Assembly: GCA_025061735.1 (NCBI GenBank)
Contig: JANXAU010000004.1
Span: 1,643 to 65,642, forward strand
DNA from: Candidatus Bipolaricaulota bacterium
Lineage (GTDB): Bacteria > Bipolaricaulota > Bipolaricaulia > RBG-16-55-9 > DRXL01
Reading direction: 5' to 3'
Length of the DNA: 64,000 nt
Shown piece after piece: positions 35,474-44,790 of the stretch. Every line of letters begins with the position of its first letter. The stretch's first letter is position 1. A program made the position numbers and the translations under genes. The notes under the pieces are model-generated. The model was not told where the DNA came from, searched no databases, and was given only the letters and a program-made list of their open reading frames with translations.

Positions 35474-36151
35474 TTATCTTCTCGACAGCGGGAGGTTCTG
35501 CTGAATGGCTGCCAGAAGACCTAGATAATCGGCACCGCGCACCAACGTGCCGTGCACGTAAAAGCTTGGCGTAGCGTTGACGCCGCGCTGAATCCCCTCT
35601 TCCATGTCCTCGCGCACCCTCTGAGCATATTTGCGCTCGTCGAGGCATTTTTTGAACTCTTCTTCTTTCAGCCCGAGATTGCGCGCAAACCGCACGAGAT
35701 TGGCCTTGTTAAAATCGACGCCCCGATCGTGCTGCTCAAAGAGCGTATCGTGATAGGCCCAGAAGGCCCCTTGCTCGGCCGCACAATAAGCGGCCTCACC
35801 GGCCAAGTACGACTTCTCCCCCTTGACGATGAAGTTCCGATAGATAAACCGCACGTTGCCCGTCTTGATGTGCTTCTCTTCCAAGACGGGTTTGTGCTCG
35901 CGATTAAAATAGCTGCACGCCGGACACTGAAAGTCTGAGTACTCATAGACGACGACCGGAGCGTTGGGATCGCCCATCTCGGCATTGAAATCTTGGCCGA
36001 TGGCACGCTCTGATCCCTTGGGCTTGGTGAAGAAGAGATTCGCTAGAACAATCAAGATCACAAAGACGGCAGCGATTCCGACGCCCAGCAAGACCGGCGA
36101 CTGCAGATACCAAGGCTTCTGCGCCGTTGGTTTGGCAGCTTTCTTGCTCAC
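35474..36151 (-). CDS. DsbA-family thiol:disulfide oxidoreductase (thioredoxin fold) with an N-terminal membrane anchor
   Basis: The active site is CPACSYF within YEYSDFQCPAC. An N-terminal transmembrane segment and a thioredoxin-like layout are present. It lies immediately upstream of VKOR on the same strand. Confidence 0.8.
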   Translation of the reverse strand: MSKKAAKPTAQKPWYLQSPVLLGVGIAAVFVILIVLANLFFTKPKGSERAIGQDFNAEMGDPNAPVVVYEYSDFQCPACSYFNREHKPVLEEKHIKTGNVRFIYRNFIVKGEKSYLAGEAAYCAAEQGAFWAYHDTLFEQHDRGVDFNKANLVRFARNLGLKEEEFKKCLDERKYAQRVREDMEEGIQRGVNATPSFYVHGTLVRGADYLGLLAAIQQNLPLSRR

Positions 36152-36164
36152 GGAGACAACCTCC

Positions 36165-36992
36165 CTAGTCTTGAGTTCTTCTCATTATAGGGGCAATAAG
36201 CCGCGATTTCCACAGATCAAGAACGCTTTGGCTCTCTTGGGGGAATTCAGCGATCAGCGTTGGGGTTCCAGGGCGCAGCAGGCCGGGGATCCCCTCGGGA
36301 GGATGGTCGTCAAGCCGGGCAAACGCGATCTGGAGCGATTGAATCTCCCGTTGAAGCTCGTGGGCTTCGCGCCCCCAAGCGGCCGTCCGCCAGATCACGC
36401 CGTACTGGTGGGTGGCCCAGCGCCGGCCCAGCTTGGCCAGCCGCTCACGCTCTTGAGGGTCTGTGATCTCGCGGCTGATGCCCACACCCCTCATAGACGA
36501 GAGCACCGCGAAGCGCCCCGCCACGCTGATCTCCAATGTCAAGAGCGCCTCCTCGCCCGCGTCGGTGAGATCGTAGACCTGGACGCGCAAGGCCTCGCCA
36601 GAACGCAATGCTCGCTTGGCCTTGCTCATAGGGAGAAATCCGCTTGCGGCTCCCAAGTCGATCTCGTAACCCGCTGCGCGCCGGCGGCGCACCAGACCCA
36701 GGTAGATCGCATCGAGCCAGACCGGCGGCGTGCAGATCCCAACGCTTGGCAGCGCTTGGCAAATAAGACGGCGAAATTCCGCCAGAGCCGTCTCGTCGCC
36801 GGTGACGATAACCCCTTTGCCATCATCGCGATCGGAGACTTGCAGCTCAAACGGTTCTGGGAGAGAAGCTCCATTCAGATAGGCTCGAAGCTCTTCCGAG
36901 GGCTGCACGATCTGCCAGCCGTGCTCGTGCAGCAACGCGCCAAGAGCCAGACCGTACACGCTGCGCAGTCGAACCTTGAACATAAAGGGCAA
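36165..36992 (-). CDS. Hypothetical protein (275 aa)
   Basis: Coding-like composition and an operon position upstream of dsbA. No domain was recognised. Confidence 0.45.
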   Translation of the reverse strand: MPFMFKVRLRSVYGLALGALLHEHGWQIVQPSEELRAYLNGASLPEPFELQVSDRDDGKGVIVTGDETALAEFRRLICQALPSVGICTPPVWLDAIYLGLVRRRRAAGYEIDLGAASGFLPMSKAKRALRSGEALRVQVYDLTDAGEEALLTLEISVAGRFAVLSSMRGVGISREITDPQERERLAKLGRRWATHQYGVIWRTAAWGREAHELQREIQSLQIAFARLDDHPPEGIPGLLRPGTPTLIAEFPQESQSVLDLWKSRLIAPIMRRTQD

Positions 36993-37059
36993 GAGATTAT
37001 AGGGTACAGACCCGGTGTTTGCATCCCCGGCGCTCTCTCTGTTAAACTAAGATATATTT

Positions 37060-38613
37060 ATGGAGTCTCTTCTTATCGTAGATTTCGGCTCGCAGTATAC
37101 CAAGCTGATTGCTAAGATGGTGCGGGAGTTGGGGGTCTATGCCGAGATTGTCTCTCCCGAGATCAAGGCCGAAGAGATCGAGCGTCGCGCCCCCAAGGGG
37201 CTGATTCTCTCGGGAGGTCCGGCCAGCGTCTATGCCCCCGAGGCCCCTCGCCTCGACCCGGCCATCTACAGATTACAGATCCCGATCTTGGGGATCTGCT
37301 ACGGAATGCAATTGCTGGCTCACGAGTTTGGCGGGAGAGTCCTGCGGGGGGCCAAGCGCGAGTACGGCTCCAGCCTCTTGGAGATCCTCCAAGAGAATAC
37401 GCTGCTGAAAGGGCTGGGCCCCTGCGAAGAAGTCTGGATGAGCCACGGCGACGAGATCCAAGAGCTGCCCAAAGAATTTATCTCGCTGGCCAAGACGGCC
37501 AACGTAGCCCACGCCGCGATGAAGAGCCGCGATGGGCGTCTCTATGGGATCCAGTTTCACCCAGAGGTGGCCCATACCCCCAAGGGCCGAGAGATCTTGA
37601 AGAACTTTCTCTTTGAGATCTGTGGGTTTGAAGGGCAATGGCGTCCCGCCGACCGGGTAGAAGAGATCGTTGCCGAGCTGCGCCAGCAGCTCGCGCACGC
37701 GCGCCACGTGCTCATCGGGGTTTCGGGCGGGGTAGACAGCAGCACCGCCGCGGTTCTGGTGCACCGCGCCATCGGCCCTCGACTGATCTCGCTTTTTGTG
37801 GACACCGGGCTGCTGCGTCTGGGGGAGGTCGAGCGCACGCAGAGGGTCTTCGAGCGCTTGGGAATCGAGCTAAAGATCGTAGACGCCAAAGCGCGCTTCT
37901 TGAGAGCGCTGGCAGGGGTCACCGACCCGGAGGAGAAGCGCAAGCGCATTGGAACCGAGTTTATCAGGGTCTTTGAAGAAGAAGCCCGGCGCTTGGAGCG
38001 CGCCCTAGGCCCCATAGACGTCCTGGTGCAGGGGACGATCTATTCCGACGTGATCGAGAGCGGCGCGCCGAACACAGGGGCACGCCGGGCCGACAGAATC
38101 AAGAGCCATCACAACGTCGGCGGACTCCCAGAGCGATTGAACTTTAAGATCGTCGAACCGTTGAGAAACTTCTTCAAAGACGAGGTGCGTCAGATTGGCT
38201 TAGAGCTGGGGATCCCCCCGGAGATCATCTGGGAGCAGCCTTTTCCGGGGCCGGGGCTGGCCGTGCGCATCGTGGGGGAGGTCACAGCCGAGCGCGTCGC
38301 GCTCTTGCAGAGAGTCGATGCGATTTTGAGGGAAGAGATCGCCCAAGCGGGGCTGTCGCGCGCTATTTGGCAGTATTTTGCGGTCTTGTTGCCCGTGCGA
38401 GCCGTGGCGGTCTTGGGGGATGGTCGGGCCTACGGGCACGTTGTAGCTCTGCGTGCCGTCGAGAGCCGCGACGGCATGACCGCCGACTGGGTTCACTTGT
38501 CTTACGATCTTTTGGAGCGCGTCTCCAGTCGCATCACCAACGAAGTTGAGGGAGTGACGCGGGTGGTCTACGACATCACGTCGAAGCCGCCCGCCACGAT
38601 CGAATGGGAGTAG
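37060..38613 (+). CDS. guaA: GMP synthase (glutamine-hydrolysing)
   Basis: It has an N-terminal GATase domain (ILGICYGMQLL, catalytic Cys), an ATP-PPase P-loop (GVSGGVDSST) and a C-terminal dimerisation domain ending ...PPATIEWE. Length is 517 aa. Confidence 0.93.
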   Translation: MESLLIVDFGSQYTKLIAKMVRELGVYAEIVSPEIKAEEIERRAPKGLILSGGPASVYAPEAPRLDPAIYRLQIPILGICYGMQLLAHEFGGRVLRGAKREYGSSLLEILQENTLLKGLGPCEEVWMSHGDEIQELPKEFISLAKTANVAHAAMKSRDGRLYGIQFHPEVAHTPKGREILKNFLFEICGFEGQWRPADRVEEIVAELRQQLAHARHVLIGVSGGVDSSTAAVLVHRAIGPRLISLFVDTGLLRLGEVERTQRVFERLGIELKIVDAKARFLRALAGVTDPEEKRKRIGTEFIRVFEEEARRLERALGPIDVLVQGTIYSDVIESGAPNTGARRADRIKSHHNVGGLPERLNFKIVEPLRNFFKDEVRQIGLELGIPPEIIWEQPFPGPGLAVRIVGEVTAERVALLQRVDAILREEIAQAGLSRAIWQYFAVLLPVRAVAVLGDGRAYGHVVALRAVESRDGMTADWVHLSYDLLERVSSRITNEVEGVTRVVYDITSKPPATIEWE

Positions 38614-38627
38614 TTACTCCAACCCAA

Positions 38628-39644
38628 ATGAAAATAAAAGTCTGTCTCTACTTGGAGGCCGAGAGCGTCATCGGGCGTTCGGGGTTTCGCACCGCGTTTC
38701 TCCAGCAACTCCGAGCGCTCCAACAGCAAGACTTACAAGTCACGACCGACCCTAACGACGACTATGATATCCTTCACTTACACTGGTTTGGCCCGCTCTC
38801 GTTTTACAATCTCATCAAGGCCAAGCAGCAGGGCAAGAAGGTGATCGCGCACGCGCACAGCGTCGGCGCGTATGACCTCAAAGACAGCTTCACGCTCTCG
38901 AATACTCTTGCTCCGCTCTACGAGCGCTATCTTCAGTATTTTTATGAACAGAGCGACGCGATCTTCACGCCCTCCGAACACGCTCGGAGACTTCTAGAAG
39001 CCCAGGGGATTCGTACTCCCATCTACGTCGTCAGCAACGGCGTGGACTTGGAGCGCTTTCGTTTTGATCCGCGCAAGCGCGCCCAGAGCCGTGCTCAGCT
39101 TGGGCTAAAGCGTTTCACGGTCTTCAGCGCCGGCCATGTGATCCCTCGCAAAGGGATCATTGATTTTATCTCGGTAGCGCGTCGGCTTCCCCAGTTTGAT
39201 TTCGTCTGGTTTGGGCACTTGTGGGGGAAGCTCTTGGCGTACGACAGCGAGATGAATGAAGCGTTAGAATCTCGCCCGAAGAACGTGAAAATGCCGGGGT
39301 TTGTCGAGGACACGCCCGCGGCCTACGCGGCCGGCGATCTCTTGCTCTATCTCTCGTACGGGGAGACGCACGGCCTGGTGCTCCTGGAAGCAGCCGCTCT
39401 AGAGCGCCCCATCGTCCTGCGCGATCTGCCCGAATATCGGTCGCTGGGCTTTGAAGACGGGGTCAACTGCTTAAAGGGCAAGACGGTCGAGGAGTTCTCG
39501 CGCCAAGTAGAACGATTGGCCAACGATCCAGAACTCCAGAGGCGTTTGGGGCAAGCCGCCCGCGCGCTGGCCGAAACGCACGCGCTCGACCGCGTGGGGC
39601 AGCGCCTGTGCGAGCTGTATCAAAAGATCTTAGAAGGGAAATGA
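38628..39644 (+). CDS. Glycosyltransferase family 4 (GT-B, retaining), paralog 1
   Basis: GT4 C-terminal EX7E-like region (LLYLSYGETHGLVLLEAAALERPIV). The N-terminus MKIKVCLYLEA is highly similar to the next gene. The start was placed at the internal ATG. Confidence 0.8.
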   Translation: MKIKVCLYLEAESVIGRSGFRTAFLQQLRALQQQDLQVTTDPNDDYDILHLHWFGPLSFYNLIKAKQQGKKVIAHAHSVGAYDLKDSFTLSNTLAPLYERYLQYFYEQSDAIFTPSEHARRLLEAQGIRTPIYVVSNGVDLERFRFDPRKRAQSRAQLGLKRFTVFSAGHVIPRKGIIDFISVARRLPQFDFVWFGHLWGKLLAYDSEMNEALESRPKNVKMPGFVEDTPAAYAAGDLLLYLSYGETHGLVLLEAAALERPIVLRDLPEYRSLGFEDGVNCLKGKTVEEFSRQVERLANDPELQRRLGQAARALAETHALDRVGQRLCELYQKILEGK

Positions 39645-39655
39645 GGGGAAATAAG

Positions 39656-40690
39656 ATGAGAGTCTGTCTCTATTTAGAAGCCGCGGAGATGGTGGCCAAA
39701 TCCGGCTTTAGAACGGCGTTCGAGCACCAGCGCCGCGCGCTGCAGAGCGCCGGCGTGGAGGTCGTGGACGACCCCGCGCGCGACGATTATGACTTGCTGC
39801 ATCTGCACTTCTTTGGCCCCAAGTCGCTCTTCTATCTCAAGCGCGCCCGGCGTCTGGGCATCAAAGTGATCGCGCACGCGCACAGCATCGGCGCGCACGA
39901 CTTCGAGGACAGCTTTACGCTCTTCAACTCCATCTCCGGGCTGTATGAAAAATATCTCTATTATTTTTACGAATCGAGCGATGCGGTGATAACATGCTCC
40001 CAGTACGCCCGCGAGCAACTCCAAGCCCAAGGGATCTCCAAGCCCATCTTCGTCGTCAGCAACGCCGTAGATCGTCAGAAGTTCAAGTTCGACTTAGAAA
40101 AACGTCGCCACTATCGCGAGCTGTTGCAATTGAAGCGCTTCACGGTCTTCAGCGCGGGCAACGTCATCCCGCGCAAGGGGATCTTAGACTTCTTAGAAGT
40201 CGCACGGCGGCTCCCAGAGCTGGATTTTGTCTGGTTCGGGCACCTGTGGCCCAAGTTTATGACGTTCTATCCCGAGATGCACAAAGCTTTAGAAACTAAG
40301 CCCCCGAATGTGAAGATGCCCGGCTTTGTGGTAGATACGCCCGCGGCGTTTTCGGCCGGCGATCTCTGTTTTCTCCCGTCGTTTCGAGAGAACCAGCCGA
40401 TGGTCTTGCTGGAGGCGCTCTCGCTGGGGCGCCCGCTGGTCGTGCGCGACATCCCGGAGTATCGGGGCTGGCTCAAAGAGGGCGTCAACGCGCGCTTGGG
40501 CAGCTCTGTCGAGGAGTTCGTCGCGCAGATTCGCACACTTGCGCAAGACCCCCGCGAATGGCAGCGGCTCTCGTTGGCCGCCGAAGCGCTGGCCGAGCAG
40601 AGCAGCCTCCCCGTTGTGGGCCGTCGCTTGAAAGAGCTGTACGCGCTTATCCTAGAAGGAGCTGCCGTGTCGGCTTCTTCGTCTCTATGA
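39656..40690 (+). CDS. Glycosyltransferase family 4, paralog 2 (tandem duplicate)
   Basis: MRVCLYLEAAEMVAKSGFRTAF... aligns by eye with paralog 1 along its full length (HLH.FGP, KVIAHAHS.GA.D, VFSAG.VIPRKGI.DF, VWFGHLW). The start was placed at the internal ATG at 39656. Confidence 0.8.
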   Translation: MRVCLYLEAAEMVAKSGFRTAFEHQRRALQSAGVEVVDDPARDDYDLLHLHFFGPKSLFYLKRARRLGIKVIAHAHSIGAHDFEDSFTLFNSISGLYEKYLYYFYESSDAVITCSQYAREQLQAQGISKPIFVVSNAVDRQKFKFDLEKRRHYRELLQLKRFTVFSAGNVIPRKGILDFLEVARRLPELDFVWFGHLWPKFMTFYPEMHKALETKPPNVKMPGFVVDTPAAFSAGDLCFLPSFRENQPMVLLEALSLGRPLVVRDIPEYRGWLKEGVNARLGSSVEEFVAQIRTLAQDPREWQRLSLAAEALAEQSSLPVVGRRLKELYALILEGAAVSASSSL

Positions 40691-41442
40691 AGCTCTCTAT
40701 CGCGATCCCTGCCCACAACGAAGAGGCGTTTATCACAGACGCGCTGCGCTCTCTAGACGCGCAAGAGTTTTCAGGAGAGCTTGAGATCATCGTCTGTCTC
40801 AACGCGTGCACCGACAAGACCGAAGAGATCGTGCGTGCTTGGGCGACGGCATCGCGTTGGCCGATGGTGATCGTGCACGAGCCGCGCAAGGGCGTGAGCT
40901 GGGCGCGCCAGACGGCGTTTATGAGCGCTTGTGGGGAGATCATCGCCAGCGCCGACGCCGACGCTTCTTATCCCCCTCGCTGGGCGGCGCGCATCGCCGA
41001 GGCTTTCGCCCAAGATGCAAATTTAGTGCAAATCTACGGGCCAGTGCGCTTACGCGACTTCACGGGGCCAGGGCGCTGGTTCTGGAAGTACGCCCATCCC
41101 GTCATGAACGATCTGTTTACACTGATGGGGCGTTGGCTGGGCTGGCACAACGTGATTGGCTCTAACTTTGCGGTGCGGCGCAGCGCGTTCTTAGCCGTTG
41201 GGGGCTTTGATACAAAGCTCAAAGCGCTCGAAGACCACGAGATCACGCGGCGCTTGCGCCAGCTCGGTACCGTGCGCTACGACCCCCAATTGGTGGTCTA
41301 TGCCTCCGCGCGCCGCTATAATCGCTTAGGCTTTTGGCGGACTGTCTTGTTTTACACGCGCAACGCGCTCAAGGCGTTTGTGCTCAAGCGCGAGACCGAA
41401 GACTTAGAAAACGTGAGCGAACGCTCGAAGGAGACAACATGA
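40687..41442 (+). CDS. Glycosyltransferase family 2
   Basis: MKLSIAIPAHNEE...LDAQ...DADASYPP gives GT-A DXD-like motifs. The start was placed at the internal ATG at 40687, overlapping the stop of the previous gene. Confidence 0.75.
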   Translation: MKLSIAIPAHNEEAFITDALRSLDAQEFSGELEIIVCLNACTDKTEEIVRAWATASRWPMVIVHEPRKGVSWARQTAFMSACGEIIASADADASYPPRWAARIAEAFAQDANLVQIYGPVRLRDFTGPGRWFWKYAHPVMNDLFTLMGRWLGWHNVIGSNFAVRRSAFLAVGGFDTKLKALEDHEITRRLRQLGTVRYDPQLVVYASARRYNRLGFWRTVLFYTRNALKAFVLKRETEDLENVSERSKETT

Positions 41443-43073
41443 ACCGACGCGTGTTGGTCATCGCCCTCGACGGGGCGACTTTGGATCTCATCGAGCCGTG
41501 GGCCAGAGAGAATCGCCTGCCCCATCTGAAAGCGCTCCTAGACAGGGGCGTATCGGCTCGCCTGGAGAGCACCCTCCCCCCGATTACGGGAGCCGCGTGG
41601 ACGAGCTTTCAAACGGGGGTGCAGCCGGGGCGACACGGGCACTTCGATTGGCTCACGCGCGATGAGCGAAGCTACAAGCTCGTCCCGATCAGCTCGCGCT
41701 CTATCCCCCAAGAGACCTTGTGGGAGTATCTCAGTCGCTACGGCAAGCGCGTCGGCGTGATGGGCGTGCCGGTCAGCTATCCCGCTCGCCCCGTGAACGG
41801 CTTTCTGCTGACAGACTTGCTGACGCCCTCAGACGAAAACTACGCTTCTCCCCCAGAACTCAAAGACGAGATCGAGCGAGCCGTCGGCCCCTACCCCGTC
41901 ATGCCCCAACATTGGAAGGGGCGCTATGCCGCCCGCCAATGGCTGGGCCACCTCAAAGCGAATATTGAGCGCCGCTTACAAATCGCGCGCTATCTGATGC
42001 GCACTCGCCCCTGGGACTTCTTTATGCTGCACATTATGGAGACCGATTCGGTGCAGCATCAGATGTGGCATCTGTTAGATGGCGTGAAGCGTCCGCGCTA
42101 TCACGGCGGGTGGGTCAGGGGCAATCCCATCTTGGAGATCTATCAGCACGCCGACGCTGCGGTTGGAGAACTCCGGCGTGAGCTTTCAGAGCAAGACACG
42201 CTCTTGGTCATCTCCGATCACGGCTTTGGCCCGCTTTATTATAATATCTATCTGAACTGCTGGCTCTACCAAGAGGGCTATTTGAAACTCAAGAGCGATC
42301 TGGCAACGCGCTTGAAATGGCTCTGCTGGAAGAGCGGGCTGACTCCGGCGAACCTCTACGTCTGGCTAGACAGGCTGGGCGTCTTGGGATGGGGGTCGCA
42401 ATTGCGACACGCGGCCATGCACGAACTCTTCGGGCGGTTCTTCTTGTCCATGCAGAATATTGATTGGCCCAAGACTCAAGCATACTCGCACGGCAACGTT
42501 GGACAGATCTATTTGAATCTGCGAGGGCGCGAGCCGCAGGGCTGCGTCGCTCCTGAGAGTGCACACTCTCTGATCGAAGAGATCGCTGCCAAGCTCAAGG
42601 AGCTGCGCAATCCCCTCTCCGGTGAACGGCTCTTTGCCCAGATATATCGCAAAGAAGAAGTCTATCACGGCGAGTCTTTGTCTCGTGCGCCGGAGCTGAT
42701 CCTAGTCCCCCAAGAGGGCGCGATGGCGGTGGGGACTACCGAGTTTATAGATAATAAAATCGTGGGATGGACGTATGCCGGATCGGGGTGGCATCGGATG
42801 GAGGGGGTCTTCATCGCCGCGGGGGAGAACATCTGCAAAGCCCAGGGCTTTGTCTCGAGCTTACAGATCACAGATCTCTTCCCGATCATCGTGACGGCGT
42901 TGGAGTTGCCCGTGCCGGCGGGCTTGGACGGGCGCGTCCCGGCGGGGCTCTTTCGTGAGAAGAGAACGGGCGAGTTGGTCGCTCAGCCCCGTCGCGGTCG
43001 CGATTCCCAAAGACCCGACGCCCAATGGGAAGAGGAGATTCGCCGGCGTTTGAGAAACTTGGGATACGTTTAG
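41439..43073 (+). CDS. Alkaline-phosphatase-superfamily type I phosphodiesterase / nucleotide pyrophosphatase-like protein
   Basis: RVLVIALDGATLDLI...LPPITGAAWTSFQTG matches the PF01663-like metal-binding N-terminus (DG, T nucleophile). Downstream DHGFG is present. The start at 41439 overlaps the GT2 stop (ATGA). Confidence 0.7.
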   Translation: MNRRVLVIALDGATLDLIEPWARENRLPHLKALLDRGVSARLESTLPPITGAAWTSFQTGVQPGRHGHFDWLTRDERSYKLVPISSRSIPQETLWEYLSRYGKRVGVMGVPVSYPARPVNGFLLTDLLTPSDENYASPPELKDEIERAVGPYPVMPQHWKGRYAARQWLGHLKANIERRLQIARYLMRTRPWDFFMLHIMETDSVQHQMWHLLDGVKRPRYHGGWVRGNPILEIYQHADAAVGELRRELSEQDTLLVISDHGFGPLYYNIYLNCWLYQEGYLKLKSDLATRLKWLCWKSGLTPANLYVWLDRLGVLGWGSQLRHAAMHELFGRFFLSMQNIDWPKTQAYSHGNVGQIYLNLRGREPQGCVAPESAHSLIEEIAAKLKELRNPLSGERLFAQIYRKEEVYHGESLSRAPELILVPQEGAMAVGTTEFIDNKIVGWTYAGSGWHRMEGVFIAAGENICKAQGFVSSLQITDLFPIIVTALELPVPAGLDGRVPAGLFREKRTGELVAQPRRGRDSQRPDAQWEEEIRRRLRNLGYV

Positions 43074-43082
43074 GAGAGCGGT

Positions 43083-44135
43083 GTGCGTCGTCGTTCTTTA
43101 GTTGTGCTTTCGATCTTAGTGGGCGCAGGGCTGTTAGGGGGTATTCTCTATTATATCGGCCCAGAGCGCGTCTGGGAGCAGATTGTGCGCCTGGGGGTTT
43201 GGGGATATCTTTCGCTGGTAGCGATCGCGATCCTGACGATGGTCTGCTGGACTTCGAGTTGGTGGGTGATCTTGAGGGCGTACGGGGTGCGCGTGAGCTG
43301 GTGGACGACGTGGTGGGCCCGGCTGAGCGGCTTTGCCATTACGTATCTGACGCCCTCGATGTATTTTGGGGGGGAACCGGCGAGCGTCTTTCTCATCGTC
43401 AAGGAGCAAGAGGGCGCGCACCGCGCCACGCGCGTCGTGGCTACGCTCTTGGTTGCTAAACTTTTAGAGGGTCTATCGCTGCTGGCATTTGTCTATCTGG
43501 GATTCTATTACGCAGCAGCGACGAAGCTTCTGCCCTTGGACGACATGGGCGTGATGATCGTGGGGAATCTGATCTTCGCGCTCTTTGTCGCCTTAGCGGC
43601 GATCAATTTTATGGGAGGGCGTCTGTGGCTGACGCGGCTGTTGGGCTGGCTCAAGCGTCACCTGCCGTGGAAGCACGCGCTGGGGGTCGCCGAGGCCAAG
43701 ATGCGCGAAGTCGAAGAGGACGTTCATAACGCGTTTCAAGAGCATCAGCGCGCGACGTGGACGGCCTTCTTGCTCACGCTGCTGGCGACGTTCTTGCTCT
43801 ATCTGCGTCCTCAAGTCTTCTTTCTGTTTGCGCTGCGGGCGTTTATGCCCATCTCGCATCTTTCGATCGCGTATGCGCTCTTCGTGCTCTTGGGGGTCTT
43901 CTTCTGGCTGACGCCGGGGGGGATGGGGGTTTTAGAGGGGGGCATGGTAGGCATCTTCAGCGTGGTCTCGGTCTTGAGCTTGAAAGATCACCAATGGCTG
44001 CCGATTCCCTACGAAAGTGCGGTGGCGTTTGCGCTCACGCTCAAGTCGATAGAGTTTCCGTTGGTGGGGCTGGGGCTGTTCTATCTGATCCGAGTGGGCT
44101 TCTTGAAGGTGCCCAAGCCCCCCTTGCGGCGCTAG
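43083..44135 (+). CDS. Flippase-like (UPF0104 / lysyl-PG-synthase TM-region-like) membrane protein
   Basis: Eight or more transmembrane helices are present. The N-terminus MRRRSLVVLSILVGAGLLGGILYYIGPERVWEQIVRLGVWGYL is typical of the family. It sits at the end of the glycosyltransferase operon. Confidence 0.6.
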   Translation: MRRRSLVVLSILVGAGLLGGILYYIGPERVWEQIVRLGVWGYLSLVAIAILTMVCWTSSWWVILRAYGVRVSWWTTWWARLSGFAITYLTPSMYFGGEPASVFLIVKEQEGAHRATRVVATLLVAKLLEGLSLLAFVYLGFYYAAATKLLPLDDMGVMIVGNLIFALFVALAAINFMGGRLWLTRLLGWLKRHLPWKHALGVAEAKMREVEEDVHNAFQEHQRATWTAFLLTLLATFLLYLRPQVFFLFALRAFMPISHLSIAYALFVLLGVFFWLTPGGMGVLEGGMVGIFSVVSVLSLKDHQWLPIPYESAVAFALTLKSIEFPLVGLGLFYLIRVGFLKVPKPPLRR

Positions 44136-44204
44136 ACGTATTTTCACGCCATCCCGACCTCCGATACATAATATCTCCATAGTCTTGAAGTACGCTCTCC
44201 GTGC

Positions 44205-44225
44205 CACTCAGGGAGAACCTGAGTG
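44205..44225 (+). promoter_or_regulatory. Perfect 8-bp stem/5-nt loop hairpin in the leader of the PepSY-RR-HK operon
   Basis: CACTCAGG-GAGAA-CCTGAGTG lies 27 nt upstream of the PepSY start and is followed by the RBS AAAGGAG. There is no U-tract, so it is not a canonical terminator. Confidence 0.3.
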
Positions 44226-44251
44226 AGTCTCCAACAAAGGAGTGATCCTCC

Positions 44252-44689
44252 ATGAACGTGAGAAAGCTCTCACGGACGATAGGTCTTTTGGTTTTGGCGT
44301 TCGTTCTGCTGGCGGGCGTGGCATATTACTATGCCTCGGCCCAAGACCCCAATGCCCCGGCCTCCGATCAGCCGCGGCCTCCGGAGATCGTGGGCAGTGT
44401 GAAAGCCCCCAGTCGCATCGCGACTCTCGTGAGTATGGCCAAGATTGATCTGTCCAAGGCGATAGAAGCCGCGACAGCGCGCCAGAGCGGGACTGTGTTT
44501 GCCGCTCATCTGGGCGAGCGCAACGGCTACGTCGTCTATCAAGTTGCGATCTTGACCGCCGATGGTAACTCGGTCTTGGTGACGGTGGACGCCGGCGACG
44601 GAAAAGTCTTAAGCGTCGTCCAGCTCCCGATGGGAGGGCGCTTTGGACACTTCGGGCCGATGGGACCGGGCAAGCGCGGCGGGCGCTGA
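44252..44689 (+). CDS. PepSY-domain secreted protein
   Basis: It has a signal/transmembrane N-terminus. The PepSY-like core is KIDLSKAIEAATARQSGTVFAAHLGERNGYVVYQVAILTADGNSVLVTVDAGDGKVL. It sits directly upstream of a two-component system. Confidence 0.7.
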   Translation: MNVRKLSRTIGLLVLAFVLLAGVAYYYASAQDPNAPASDQPRPPEIVGSVKAPSRIATLVSMAKIDLSKAIEAATARQSGTVFAAHLGERNGYVVYQVAILTADGNSVLVTVDAGDGKVLSVVQLPMGGRFGHFGPMGPGKRGGR

Positions 44690-44790
44690 ACCGACCGCCT
44701 TCATCATCCTCCCCATCTTCCCCTAGGGAGGGCAGGGAAGCCGAAACACGGCTTCCCTGCTCCCCTTTGTGTTATAATAATACAATCCCC

